From positions 288,001 to 352,000 of the forward strand of contig CAVWHX010000007.1 of assembly GCA_963754925.1 (NCBI GenBank): a stretch of DNA of 64,000 nt. Direction: 5' to 3'. How positions within the stretch are numbered: position 1 is the first letter of the stretch; each line of letters starts with the position of its first letter. The notes under the pieces are model-generated. The model made no database searches and had not been told where the DNA came from. It was given only the letters and a program-made list of their open reading frames with translations. Shown here in pieces: positions 11,322 to 21,129 of this stretch. The DNA is from an uncultured delta proteobacterium (GTDB taxonomy: Bacteria; Myxococcota; B64-G9). The translations under genes were made by a program, and so were the position numbers.

Positions 11322-12423
11322 TTATTTAGAAGAAAATAAATTCAAATACGTTCCGTAACCTTCTTTTTCCAAATCCTCTTTTGGAATAAATCGCAGGGCA
11401 GCTGAATTCATGCAATAGCGCAGACCGGTTGGCGGCGGACCGTCCGGGAAAACATGACCCACGTGAGAATCGGCATGCTTACTTCGCACCTCGGTTCGCG
11501 TAGAAAAGAAGCCGTGGTCTACTTTCTCGACAATATTTCCCGGCTCCAGCGGTTTGGTGAAGCTGGGCCATCCGGTGCCGGAATCATATTTATCCAACGA
11601 GCTAAAAAGTGGCTCGCCGGAAACGATATCCACGTAAATGCCTTCTCTTTTGTTATCCGCATACTCATTCTTAAAAGCCGGCTCGGTGCCGTTTTTCTGC
11701 GTTACTTCATATTGCATTGCGGTGAGTTTCTTCCTCAGGGTCGCATCATCGGGTTTATCGAAACTTTCTGGGTCGGAAGTCGAAAGACCTGAGTCATTTC
11801 CCCATAAACTCCTCACGGTTTGATCACGGCCGGATCGATATCGGTAGTAGTTGTAACGTATGGGATTTTTGGAATGATAATTCTGATGATATTCCTCTGC
11901 GGGATAAAATTTAGTTAACATAATCAGATCAGTAGCAATGGGCTTCCCGAGCTTGCCTGATTCTGCTAGTGCCTGCTTCGATTTTTCGGCCATCTGCCTT
12001 TCTTCTTCATTTTGAAAGAATATGGCACTGCGATATTGAGGACCACGATCGACAAACTGCCCGCCTCCATCGGTAGGATCAATATGGTGCCAGAAGTAAT
12101 TCAACAGTTGTTCATAAGTGATTTTATTCGGATCATAGTACACCTGCACGGCTTCAATATAACCCATTGCAGCATATGATTCATAGGTGGGGTTCTCCCC
12201 TTTTCCTCCGGTATAACCGGATATTACTTTTATGACGCCGGGAACCTTTTCAAAATCTGACTCCACACACCAAAAACATCCTCCGGCAAACGTGGCTATA
12301 CTTGAATTTTTTGTTTCATCCGCCACGGTCATTTCAGTTTTTATCTCCCGTTGTTGGGTTTTCCCGTTTTGACAGCCAAATAAAATAACCAACACTATTA
12401 TGTAGTTTAAGTGATTTTTTCAT
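11322..12423 (-). CDS. msrAB: Bifunctional methionine sulfoxide reductase MsrA/MsrB, probable lipoprotein; apparent +1 A in the homopolymer at 12415-12420
   Basis: [17 protein letters not shown] (MsrA); [24 protein letters not shown] (MsrB). ATG 12423 follows AAAGGAGG; removing one A gives [17 protein letters not shown] (lipobox). Confidence 0.92.
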
Positions 12424-12589
12424 TTTTCCTCCTTTGTGAGGAAATCAAATATCACTACCAGTGACATTAACGATGATCCGGCAATTGTCAAACCCACCTA
12501 AACAATAATTAACTTAAGAGTGTGGGAAAGCGCCTTCGGGATGGCATCGGGCTACCGCGCGCCAACTCCGGGGTGCTTTATAGCACTCC

Positions 12590-13329
12590 TTACTCAGCTT
12601 GCTTGGGCCGACCGCGTACGTTGCCATACCACGCCGCGAGTGTGCTCGCTGGCACGCCCAGGCGAAACAGAAGCGGGAAAACGTTGACCAGCAGCGTGTA
12701 GTACACGGGTCGCTGAGAAAGCGCCTTCCGGCGACGGTGACGTAAGCCGGCACCGTGCGAATCGCTCCGCGTTGGCGCAAGGTCTTACTGAGGGCGAGAT
12801 CTTCCATCAACGCCAACTCGGGGAACCCACCCACGCTCCAAAAAATCTCGCGTCGAAGAAAGATCGCCTGGTCGCCGTAAGGAAGGCGGGAGTAGCGCGA
12901 GCGGAGATCCGCCAGGCGCAGCAATGGGCTCCACCATGGTCGCGGGCCGACTTCGTCGGCGACCGTCCAGGTATGGAAAGCGCCTGCAGCGGTGCCAGGA
13001 AGCGCGAGCGCGCGCTTAATGTGCGAGGCGGCGTCGGCTGGTAGGGAGACGTCGGCATGGAGAAAGAGAAGTACGTCTCCGGTCGCTCGTCTCGCCCCTT
13101 CGTTTATCTGGCGCGCGCGCCCACGGGGAGAATCCACTAACAGTACGCGGGGAAACCTCAGCGCGATGGCGCGGGTGTCGTCGCGGCTGCCGCCATCCAC
13201 GACGATGACCTCGTGAAACTCGAGCCGCGCGAGCTCGCTTAAGCGCTTGCCGATGCGGGAGGCTTCATCGAGCACCGGCATCACAACCGAGATGCGGGGT
13301 TTTGCGTCCGTACCTTCAAACCCACTCAT
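12590..13329 (-). CDS. TIGR04283-type GT2 glycosyltransferase (ArsS/arsenosugar-associated), apparent 1-base deletion at ~12715
   Basis: ISVVMPVLDEA, VIVVDGGSRD, GRARQINEGA, LLFLHAD, PYGDQAIF, MEDLAL. The shifted frame gives RPVYYTLLVNVFPLLFRLGVPASTLAAWYGNVR to TAA at 12590. Confidence 0.85.
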
Positions 13330-14022
13330 GGCAACCTCCTCATCAGCGCGAGTTCGGTTAACAGACGCGCGGTCCTCGGCGCGCAAATGCGTTCTTCGCG
13401 CAGCAAGCCGGCGAGCCGAATCGAGGTCGGTCGGCAGGTCGACATCGAACCACAGCTCTGTCTCGGCCACGCGCAGGCCGGCAGAGCGAAGGCGCTCCAC
13501 CGTTCGTTCCCGTGTCGTCGCCGTGCTCCATGGCAGTCCGCGCAGTAGTCCCGCCGGGCAGCGCCGTAATCCGAGAAGGTAAAAGCCGCCATCCTCGCAG
13601 GGACCAACCACCGCGTCGTGTTCGCCAAGGAGCTGCCGCGCAGAATAGAGAAATGCACGTGGTAGTCCGGGTGTGTCGGTGCCGATGGCGATGACCGCGT
13701 CGTTGCATTCGAGAGCTCGAGAAAGGACCCTCTCCATTCGTTCACCAAGGTCGCCCGTGCCCTGCCTCCAAATCGTGACGTCCGTGGTGAGACCGAGCGG
13801 TGCGGGATCGCCGTCGCACGCGACGACGACACGCGCCCAGTCACCGGCAGTCGCTGCCGCGAGCGTGTCCTCAAAAAAGGAGGTCGCAAGCTCGGCCGCC
13901 TCGGCCGCGCTCAGCGGGGGCGTGAGGCGGGTCTTGACCGCGCCCGGCAATGGAGTCTTGACGAAGATGCACAGCGTGGTCGGGATAGTCCCGCCGCGAA
14001 ACTGGACGTGCGTTACCACCAT
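13326..14022 (-). CDS. TIGR04282-type (DUF2064/CofC-like) transferase (ArsS-associated), apparent +1 at 13419-13420
   Basis: IFVKTPLPGAVKTRL, QGTGDLGERM, IGTDTP, VVGPCEDGGFYLLG, WFDVDLPTDL. Correcting one base gives DLDRLAGLLREERICAPRTARLL..* with ATGA overlap onto the next gene. Confidence 0.85.
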
Positions 14023-14033
14023 CGATCTCCTCG

Positions 14034-15578
14034 TCACCGCCGCCAAGCCAGAAATCGCCTGAAGACCCGGAGGACTCCCGGCGTCAACCTGGCGCGCTGG
14101 AAGGCGTCTCCAAGCCGCTTCCAGACCTCTGCCTGCGTCGGGTACGGATGTATTGTCCGCGACAATGCATCGGCCTTCGCTCCCTCGGTGATTGCGAAAA
14201 CGATCTCGCCGATCATTTCCCCGGCGTGACGGGCGACCACGGTCGCCCCTACAATGCGTCTGCTTCCGGCCTCGACGTGCAGACGCGCAAAGCCCTCGGG
14301 CTCTCCGTCGAGTACGGCGCGGTCGACCTCGACGAACGACACCGTGAACGTTTGCACCGTTAGGCCTCGCGCGCGCGCCTCCTGCTCATAAAGACCGACA
14401 TGAGCGATCTCCGGATCGGTATAGGTGCTCCAGGGGATGACGAGCGAGCTCATGCGTTTCCGGCCGAAGAACAGAGCGTTCTGGATGACCACCCGGGCCA
14501 TGGCGTCAGCGGCGTGAGTAAACTTGTAGCGTGAACAGATGTCGCCAGCCGCGAAGATACGCCGGTTGCTGGTGCGCAGCTGGTCGTCAACCTTAACGCC
14601 ATCGCGATTAAACTCGACGCCCGCGGCATCAAGCCCCAGCCCGTCGAGATTGGGCGTTCGCCCGACCCCCACCAAAATTTCGTCACCATGCAATTCCTGT
14701 TGGGAACCCTTGCGTTCAAACATGACCACTTTGGCTCCGCCCCGCTTCTCGACACGCAAAATCTTGGATCCCAATGCCAGGCCGATATTCTCGCGTTCAA
14801 ATTGCGCTGCGATAACGGCAGTGGCATCGGCATCCTCACGAGGCAAGAGGCGATCATCGAGGCTGATAATGGTCACGTGGCTCCCCAACCGCCGGAAAGC
14901 CTGCGCGAGTTCGCATCCGATAGGACCGGCCCCGATGACCAGCAGTCGCTGCGGCAGCTCGGTCAGCGAGAAAACAGTTTCATTGGTGAGAAAACGTGCC
15001 TCCGCGAGCCCCGGGATGGGAAGGCTTACCGCGCGCGCTCCCGTCGCGATGACGGCGCGCGCGAAGCGAAGACGGCGATCGCCGACCTGCAGCTCATCGG
15101 ACCCCACAAAGACACCCTGCCCGAAGAACACATCGACGCCCGCCTCGGAGAAGCGTTTGGCCGAATCGTGCCGCGCGATACCCGCACGGAGACGTCGTAT
15201 GCGTTCCATGACCGCACCGAAATCCACCGCACCGGAGGGGGTGCGCGCGCCGAATGGCTCTCCGTGGGCCGCGTCATAAGCCGCGCGAGACGAGCGTATC
15301 AGCGCCTTGGAGGGAACACACCCGTGGTTGAGGCAGTCGCCGCCCATCAACGCGCGCTCTACGAGCGCGACCCTGGCGCCCAGGGCCGCGGCCCCGATAG
15401 CCGACACCAGACCCGCCGTGCCGGCGCCCACTACCACTAAGTTGTAGCGCCCGCTGGGAGTGGGGTTGAACCATTCGGCCGGACGGACGTTGGCGAGCAG
15501 TTCCTGGTTGTGCCGGTCCCAAGGCGCGATCGGGTACGAACCCTCAGGAATCGTTGCCCCTATTTGTTCTGAGGTCAT
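14034..15578 (-). CDS. FAD-dependent pyridine nucleotide-disulfide oxidoreductase (mercuric-reductase-like, no C-terminal Cys-Cys)
   Basis: VVGAGTAG, GGDCLNHGCVPSK redox disulfide, IGAGPIGCE, YTDPEIAHVG, IHPYPT. Start at MTSEQ overlaps the upstream stop (ATGA). Confidence 0.88.
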   Translation of the reverse strand: MTSEQIGATIPEGSYPIAPWDRHNQELLANVRPAEWFNPTPSGRYNLVVVGAGTAGLVSAIGAAALGARVALVERALMGGDCLNHGCVPSKALIRSSRAAYDAAHGEPFGARTPSGAVDFGAVMERIRRLRAGIARHDSAKRFSEAGVDVFFGQGVFVGSDELQVGDRRLRFARAVIATGARAVSLPIPGLAEARFLTNETVFSLTELPQRLLVIGAGPIGCELAQAFRRLGSHVTIISLDDRLLPREDADATAVIAAQFERENIGLALGSKILRVEKRGGAKVVMFERKGSQQELHGDEILVGVGRTPNLDGLGLDAAGVEFNRDGVKVDDQLRTSNRRIFAAGDICSRYKFTHAADAMARVVIQNALFFGRKRMSSLVIPWSTYTDPEIAHVGLYEQEARARGLTVQTFTVSFVEVDRAVLDGEPEGFARLHVEAGSRRIVGATVVARHAGEMIGEIVFAITEGAKADALSRTIHPYPTQAEVWKRLGDAFQRARLTPGVLRVFRRFLAWRR

Positions 15579-16339
15579 GAAGAGCGCTCCTTGGGCGTGG
15601 GAACCTGGTCGAGAACGTGTTTCAGCGCTTTGCGTGCTATGCGCGTAAGGACGACGGTGACGGCCAGTGTTGCGACGAGGCCACCGACCAGCAAGAGTTG
15701 ACCCGCGACGCCTGATGATGGTCGCGTGCCGCTTACGAGCTCGTTTGCGCTGGTGACCAACGAACCAATGTAAACGTACAGTGCCGTTCCCGGCAACATG
15801 CCGAGCCACGAGCCAAGCACGAAGTCCCGCGGACGAACCTTGGTGAGCCCGAGCGCGTAGTTGAGCACGTTGAATGGGAAAACGGGTGAAAGCCTCAGGA
15901 GCACGACGATCTTAAAACCATGCTGACCGATGGCCGCGTCGATAGCCTCCCAACGACTATCCCGACCTACTCGTCGCGCAATCCAGCCCCGAGCCACCGT
16001 GCGCCCAAGAAGGAAGGCTGCCGTCGCCGCGATCACACTGACCGGCGACACAAGCATAAGCCCCCAGAACGGTCCGTAAGCAAAACCGCCGCCGATGGTC
16101 AGAATCGACCCGGGGAGCAGTAGGACCGCCGCCGCGACATAGGTCACCGCGAAGAAGGCCACACCCCATGGCCCTTGGCCGCGGATCCACTGGACCACGC
16201 CGACGAGCCACGAGGTCACCGGAAGCAGTATGATCACCGCGACGAGACCAACGACGACAAGGAGCGCAGCGAATAGGCGCAGGTCCGGTCTGACCGTGGT
16301 GTGCGCGGGTTTTGATAATTGGTGTTCTGAAGCGATCAT
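15575..16339 (-). CDS. TVP38/TMEM64 (DedA/VTT) membrane protein
   Basis: LPGSILTIGGGFAYG, AFLLGR, IVVLLRLSPVFPFNVLNYALG, GMLPGT. Start at MIASEH. Confidence 0.9.
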   Translation of the reverse strand: MIASEHQLSKPAHTTVRPDLRLFAALLVVVGLVAVIILLPVTSWLVGVVQWIRGQGPWGVAFFAVTYVAAAVLLLPGSILTIGGGFAYGPFWGLMLVSPVSVIAATAAFLLGRTVARGWIARRVGRDSRWEAIDAAIGQHGFKIVVLLRLSPVFPFNVLNYALGLTKVRPRDFVLGSWLGMLPGTALYVYIGSLVTSANELVSGTRPSSGVAGQLLLVGGLVATLAVTVVLTRIARKALKHVLDQVPTPKERSS

Positions 16340-16353
16340 GTCATGTCGTTGCC

Positions 16354-17394
16354 TTATATCGTTGCTCCGCGGCAGCTCGATCCTGCGCCGGCGGCGCAGC
16401 CAAAGCAGTGGCGATGTACCATGATTCGACGAGCTTCGAGCGCCCGTTGGTCGAATGCGTCGATGCATTGAGGAGCATTCGGGTCGATTCCAAGGTCCAG
16501 CATCTGGTTGAAGTCGCAGTCGTACAGCCTGCCGTCCCAGCCGACCGAGAGAGTCGTGCGGCACATGACGGCGGCGACCGCCGCCGGGTTGAAAGCTCCG
16601 GCTAGGCGCTGGAGGTATGAATCGAGATTGCCGGTCAGAATAAGCCACTCGAGATACCGGGCGATCGGCATGTTGGTGATGCAGTAGAGCGCATCGAACG
16701 AGACGCCGTGAAGGCGAGACATCTCACGTTTCCACTCGCTTTCCAGCGAAGCCTGGGATGCAGGAAGAAATGCTCCCACCGGGTTGGCGACCAGCACGAG
16801 TCTCAGACGCGGGTCCCCGCCGGCATAGCCGGCCTGGTTCAACCTGCGCAGGGCCGCTATCGATTTCTCGAACGTGCCCACGCCCCGCTGTCGATCCGTG
16901 AGCAGGGGGCGATAATGGGGCAGCGAGCATACGAGCTCGACGCTGTACTCTGCGAAGAAGGCCGGGAGATCGCGATAGGCCGGCTGCTCGAGAATAGTCA
17001 GGTTGCAGCGGTTAATGACGTGTCGGCCGAGAGCACGCACCTGCTTCACGAGGTAGCGGAAGTCCGGATGAAGTTCGGGCGCTCCACCGGTGATATCGAC
17101 GGTCGGAATGTCGGATGCTGCCAGCACGTCGAGACATCGTTCTAAAGAGTCTCGCGACATGCTTTCGCGTCGATCGGGGCCCGCATCGACGTGGCAGTGG
17201 AGGCAGGTCATGTTGCAGACGCGGCCCAAATTAAGTTGCAGGGTCGAGATGCGGGTCGGCTTCAGCGGCCATAGGCCGTGCCGATCGAGCAGCGTCTCGA
17301 AATCTTGGTCGAGCGACACCCCGGCGATATGCGCGAGCTGAACCCTCGGCTGCGCGAGAGGGAGCCGACGCTCAGTGAGAGATGTTGCCTGCAT
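16354..17394 (-). CDS. arsS: Radical SAM/Cys-rich protein, ArsS family (arsenosugar biosynthesis-associated)
   Basis: LQLNLGRVCNMTCLHCHVDAGP (CxxxCxxC), DITGGAPELHP, ITNMPI, MCRTTLSVGWDGRLYDCDFNQML, C-terminal HCFGCAAGAGSSC. Confidence 0.88.
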   Translation of the reverse strand: MQATSLTERRLPLAQPRVQLAHIAGVSLDQDFETLLDRHGLWPLKPTRISTLQLNLGRVCNMTCLHCHVDAGPDRRESMSRDSLERCLDVLAASDIPTVDITGGAPELHPDFRYLVKQVRALGRHVINRCNLTILEQPAYRDLPAFFAEYSVELVCSLPHYRPLLTDRQRGVGTFEKSIAALRRLNQAGYAGGDPRLRLVLVANPVGAFLPASQASLESEWKREMSRLHGVSFDALYCITNMPIARYLEWLILTGNLDSYLQRLAGAFNPAAVAAVMCRTTLSVGWDGRLYDCDFNQMLDLGIDPNAPQCIDAFDQRALEARRIMVHRHCFGCAAGAGSSCRGATI

Positions 17395-17397
17395 GGT

Positions 17398-17736
17398 CTA
17401 CATCCCGATTTTGGTCGCGTGCTCGCGCATCTGCACACCGTGGACGAGGGTTGCGCCTCCACGGATTGCCGCCGCTACATGCAGCGCCTCGGTCATCTGG
17501 TCAAGATCGGCGCCCTTCTCCATGCTGTCCTTGCTGTAGGCGTCGATACAATAGGGGCACTGTAGCGCATGGGCCACAGCCAACGCGATAAGGGACTTCT
17601 CGCGCGCCGACAGCGCACCGTCGGAAAAAACCTGCTCATACCAGTCAAAAAACTTCTTCGCTAGGTCGGGGCAGTTTTTGCTGACATCTGCGAACTTGGC
17701 GAGATCCGCGGGGTCGTAGTACGTACTTTCCGGCAT
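17398..17736 (-). CDS. AhpD/CMD-family peroxidase-like protein associated with ArsS
   Basis: YYDPADLAKF..GALSAREKSLIALAVAHALQCPYCIDAY..AAIRGGATLVHGVQM; CxxC; first gene of the operon. Confidence 0.85.
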   Translation of the reverse strand: MPESTYYDPADLAKFADVSKNCPDLAKKFFDWYEQVFSDGALSAREKSLIALAVAHALQCPYCIDAYSKDSMEKGADLDQMTEALHVAAAIRGGATLVHGVQMREHATKIGM

Positions 17737-17884
17737 TGAATTCCCTCCTGTGTCTCGATATATCCCAGGCTCCGAGACATCTCATACTGATGTTGTGACC
17801 AACAACGAAAGATCTTAAGCCTACAGCCCATCGTTGTCTAGGATGTTAAGGAATACGTGTTGTGGAATCAAGATGGTGAGCCCC

Positions 17885-17949
17885 CCAATTTACGCTTACC
17901 CTGGCTTAGTTGGCTTGTTTTTTATTTCGGATTTGTTTTGGCGAAGGGC
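17885..17949 (+). repeat. Partial (3') copy of dispersed intergenic repeat family
   Basis: CCAATTTACGCTTACCCTGGCTTAGTTGGCTTGTTTTTTATTTCGGATTTGTTTTGGCGAAGGG aligns with 19074-19138 and 10680-10744. Confidence 0.75.
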
Positions 17950-18025
17950 AGGTGGAATTATTTGCATCGGTGAACTGTTTATATACTGCTAAATACTTAC
18001 CATGAATTTGAGAAAGGAAGTCGCC

Positions 18026-18286
18026 ATGCCGCCAAAAAAGTCTCACTCCTTTGGAAAAGACCAAAAACCTTCTACAGAATACAAAGAGTTAGCAAAAGTT
18101 GAGCACGAGGCTTCGCTTGGTGAATCCAAACCATCCCAGCAGCCGATGAAACCTGCCTCCGTACCGGTGACAAATAAACAAATTGCGAAGCGGGCGTTTG
18201 AGATTTGGAATGAACGCGGGCAACCCCCAGGCCTTGATATCGACAACTGGCTCCAGGCTGAGCGTGAACTCACGGGGCGCAAATAA
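18026..18286 (+). CDS. DUF2934 domain small protein
   Basis: IAKRAFEIWNERGQPPGLDIDNWLQAEREL; RBS AAGGAAG before ATG 18026. Confidence 0.85.
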   Translation: MPPKKSHSFGKDQKPSTEYKELAKVEHEASLGESKPSQQPMKPASVPVTNKQIAKRAFEIWNERGQPPGLDIDNWLQAERELTGRK

Positions 18287-18347
18287 AAACAACTTTTTTG
18301 AAGGGACAAGGCCTGTATCATTGTTTCGCAGAATGAGGAGACGAAAG

Positions 18348-18869
18348 TTATTCCTGAGCTTTTAGTCGTTTCACTAAATCTACGAAACCCTGCGGTGAGA
18401 AGAACAAAAAATCGCAGTCACCAAAGGAAATGTTGTCCCCATCTTTCAGCGGCACCGGCTCGCCCGCCTTCACCGTCCGACCATCGAGGAGTGTGCCGTT
18501 GGTCGAGCCAGCATCACCGAGCTGGTAGGTGTTCTTGTCGGGATCCAGCAGAATGAAGGCGTGTCGCTTTGATACCGTAGAGTGATCAATATTGAACTCG
18601 CGATCTTCGGAGCGACCCACCAAAAACTTAGTTGGAACCTTTCCGGTTCCAGTAGAATTAGGCAGCAATACTCGGTAGTTGCGTAACTCTTGATAGCTTT
18701 GGACGATGCCGGAACCAGCTTGGTAATCGACCAACCGAGTGTGGCCAGTGGCAAAGCCCTTGGATTCGTGTTTCTCCTGGTAGAGCATTGCCGGAGTGGA
18801 GTATTTTGCCAGAAAGGCTTCCGCGCCCAGCAGCGCGAGGGTTTCTATATACTCCTGGACGGTTTCCAT
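18348..18869 (-). CDS. FHA domain protein
   Basis: VGRS..IDHSTVSKRHA..DAGSTNGTLLDG..LKDGDNISFG. Confidence 0.9.
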   Translation of the reverse strand: METVQEYIETLALLGAEAFLAKYSTPAMLYQEKHESKGFATGHTRLVDYQAGSGIVQSYQELRNYRVLLPNSTGTGKVPTKFLVGRSEDREFNIDHSTVSKRHAFILLDPDKNTYQLGDAGSTNGTLLDGRTVKAGEPVPLKDGDNISFGDCDFLFFSPQGFVDLVKRLKAQE

Positions 18870-18913
18870 ATTACTCCTCCCCTCAACCCTGCTCTAATTT
18901 CACAGCTGCCCCC

Positions 18914-19140
18914 CCAATACCCGTTCCCATTGAAATTGCGTTGTTTTTATCTTATCTGCCCTTTCCTCCTACCGTTCGAAATTTTGCCAGATTATTCCAA
19001 TCGCGTCAACATATCGCCATAACCCATTCAGTCCTCAATCCCATCTTTTCCAACATCCCGGATCGCGCGTTCACCAAGGTACGCTTACCGTGTGGTTGGG
19101 TTGACTTGTTTTTTCGCTCGGATTTGGGTTGGCGAGGGAC
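18914..19140 (+). repeat. Longest (~230 bp) copy of dispersed intergenic repeat family
   Basis: The 5' half matches 20910-21015; the 3' part matches 10578-10746, 17885-17949 and 7339-7382. Confidence 0.75.
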
Positions 19141-19209
19141 CGTGATTTGATGATAGGGTTGTTTGACAAAAGATGAGCGCTTTCCTCAGCGACTGGCACC
19201 TTGGTTGGG

Positions 19210-19491
19210 TTACTTATTCTGGTTAGCTGCCTCGGCAGCAAGCTTAATTTCAGAACTTGCCTGCTCGATGAGTTCCTTCGCCTTCGCCGCGTGGCCTTCC
19301 ATATCGTACTCGTTGGCCTTCTGGGCTGCAGTAATTTTTTGGAACGCTCCCTCGAGTAACTTCTGGGCTGCATGTAGATTCGGGTGCCTCTTTGCGCTTA
19401 CATTCTGCACGGGACCAGGGTCTTTCGCCATAACAGCAGCAGAGGTGATAAGAGCGGTCGACAAACTAATGGCAACTAACAATCTCTTCAT
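19210..19491 (-). CDS. Small secreted helical hypothetical protein
   Basis: Signal peptide MKRLLVAISLSTALITSAAVMA; HPNLHAAQ and GHAAKAKELI motifs; RBS AAGGAG. Confidence 0.75.
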   Translation of the reverse strand: MKRLLVAISLSTALITSAAVMAKDPGPVQNVSAKRHPNLHAAQKLLEGAFQKITAAQKANEYDMEGHAAKAKELIEQASSEIKLAAEAANQNK

Positions 19492-20031
19492 AGTGTTCTC
19501 CTTTTTAAGTGGATGGAAATGCGGCAAATCGTTACTCGGCAGTGAGCCGGCTCGATTGTCCTCCTCGTTGATCTAAAGATCTTTTATCCAACTGAGCTGC
19601 GATGCGACCTGAATGATTACACCCTTCCATAGTTAGTTGTCAATTTCTTCTTGCATTTATAATCCTAACGAGAAGCTACTTGCCTTACCTATTCTGCTTC
19701 GCGCCACACCCTAGCGGCCTGGAGAGCACCACCTTTGGTGTCAATAGAGCCCCTGCCTTTCATTTTTTGACCCAATATTCTTTCTTAAGGACATAGCTTG
19801 TCCGTCATTGTTCCCATTTTTGTGCCCACTCGTCGCCAAAGTATCGGCTATTGTTGAGTACTACCGAATCTAGCGCCGGAACGCCGAAAACGAATGATGT
19901 TGTAACCTGCTGAAAAAGCGGTGTAAAAACTATATGTATACCGCGCAATCGGCTCGATACTCTAATAATAATAGAAACAGGTGAGGTGGCGTTGACGAAC
20001 ACCACTAACAAATATATGTGGAGGCGATGTC

Positions 20032-20883
20032 ATGAAAACCTTCGAAAGATTTTTAGTTTTTTTCGTAGCGTCGATTTTAGTACCTGGTGTTGCTCGGCCG
20101 AGCAATGACCGTCAATCAGACAATAATATGCAGTTGGCTCAGGCCGTAGCTCAGGCCAGTGAACCCCAACCACAGCCGGTACAGCCACCCTCCCCCGCGC
20201 CGACGAATTTGCCTCCCCCTCCATCAGCGGAACTTCCTGCTCCTCCGTCGAACGAGCCGGAGGCCTCTGAGCAGGTTGCTCCGACGGGCCAATGGGTTTA
20301 CACGGACCAATATGGATGGGTCTGGATGCCTTACGGGGATGCATATAGCTATGTACCATCGAACGGAGCTGAGCCGGATATGTACGTTTACTATCCGTCC
20401 GTCGGCTGGTGCTGGGTGGTCGCGCCCTGGTTGTGGGGTTTCGGACCCCTGCCGTTCTTCGGCATTTACGGCCCGTGGCACTTCGGTTGGTATGGCCATG
20501 GTTACGGTCACTGGTACGGCTTCGCGAACCACTATGGCAATGCTGGATGGGGCGTACGCGGCTACTGGCACGGCGGGCAGTGGCACGGCTACAACCGGGT
20601 CTCGCCTGGTCACACGGTATCACCACATCAAGGTAGTTATGGTGTATCTCCTCGGTCTGGGTACCAGGCGCCTGCTAGACATAGCTTTGCCATGCCCCAA
20701 AGAGGATTCGCCAGTAGAAGCAATTTCAGCAGCCATAGCGGGCATAGTTTTGCTCTGTCACGTGGGGGATTCTCCGGCGGAGGCGGCAGTTTCAGCGGCC
20801 GCGGTGGACATAGTTTTGCTGCGTCCCGCAGCGGATTCTCCGGTGGAGGCGGCCACGGTGGTCACGGTGGACATGGGAGATAG
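20032..20883 (+). CDS. Secreted Pro-rich / aromatic-Gly-rich protein (DUF6600-like core, low-complexity Gly/His/Arg tail)
   Basis: Signal peptide, poly-Pro linker, GQWVYTDQYGWVWMPY..YPSVGWCWV..PW.WG core, tail with HSFA x3 and RGGFSGGGG repeats; RBS GGAGG. Confidence 0.7.
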   Translation: MKTFERFLVFFVASILVPGVARPSNDRQSDNNMQLAQAVAQASEPQPQPVQPPSPAPTNLPPPPSAELPAPPSNEPEASEQVAPTGQWVYTDQYGWVWMPYGDAYSYVPSNGAEPDMYVYYPSVGWCWVVAPWLWGFGPLPFFGIYGPWHFGWYGHGYGHWYGFANHYGNAGWGVRGYWHGGQWHGYNRVSPGHTVSPHQGSYGVSPRSGYQAPARHSFAMPQRGFASRSNFSSHSGHSFALSRGGFSGGGGSFSGRGGHSFAASRSGFSGGGGHGGHGGHGR

Positions 20884-20909
20884 AACTTTTCGCTCACACC
20901 CGTTGTCTG

Positions 20910-21015
20910 CCAAATCTCGTTCTTATTGAAAACATAACATTTATCATGTCGTCTGCACTTCCCTACCCCACATTGAAACTTGCCGGATAGTTCGCTCGCA
21001 TGACTGTGTCGCCAT
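20910..21015 (+). repeat. Partial (5') copy of dispersed intergenic repeat family
   Basis: CCAAATCTCGTTCTTATTGAAA...TCTGCACTTCCCTACC..CATTGAAACTTGCCGGATAG...TGTCGCCAT matches 18914-19020 and 10578-10624. Confidence 0.6.
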
Positions 21016-21129
21016 TGCTCACTAATTATTAAAATCATTGAAAAATCGCCTTTGTGCGATATTTCTTTTATGCTACATTGGTTGCATCAGATCGTCCGAC
21101 CATCAGCCGGATAATGCTGGGGTTTATCT

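Noticed and set aside
12514..14046. Apparent 510-aa fusion of two transferases
   Set aside because: Removing one base at 13419-13420 gives a sensible C-terminus ending in an ATGA overlap with an RBS-preceded second start at 13329. The fusion and its odd tail are indel artefacts.
14034..15578. Mercury resistance merA
   Set aside because: No C-terminal Cys-Cys pair, no N-terminal metal-binding domain and no merR/merT/merP nearby.
15579..16648. Long N-terminal extensions on the oxidoreductase and TVP38 ORFs
   Set aside because: They overlap neighbouring genes. Starts at 15578 and 16339 fit the operon structure.
16354..17394. Selenocysteine recoding in ArsS
   Set aside because: The C-terminal motif reads GSSC with a Cys codon and the ORF has no in-frame TGA.
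7339..21015. Integron attC array or CRISPR interpretation of the dispersed repeats
   Set aside because: No consistent RYYYAAC/GTTRRRY boxes, no integrase or cas genes in the window, and copies are kilobases apart and diverged.
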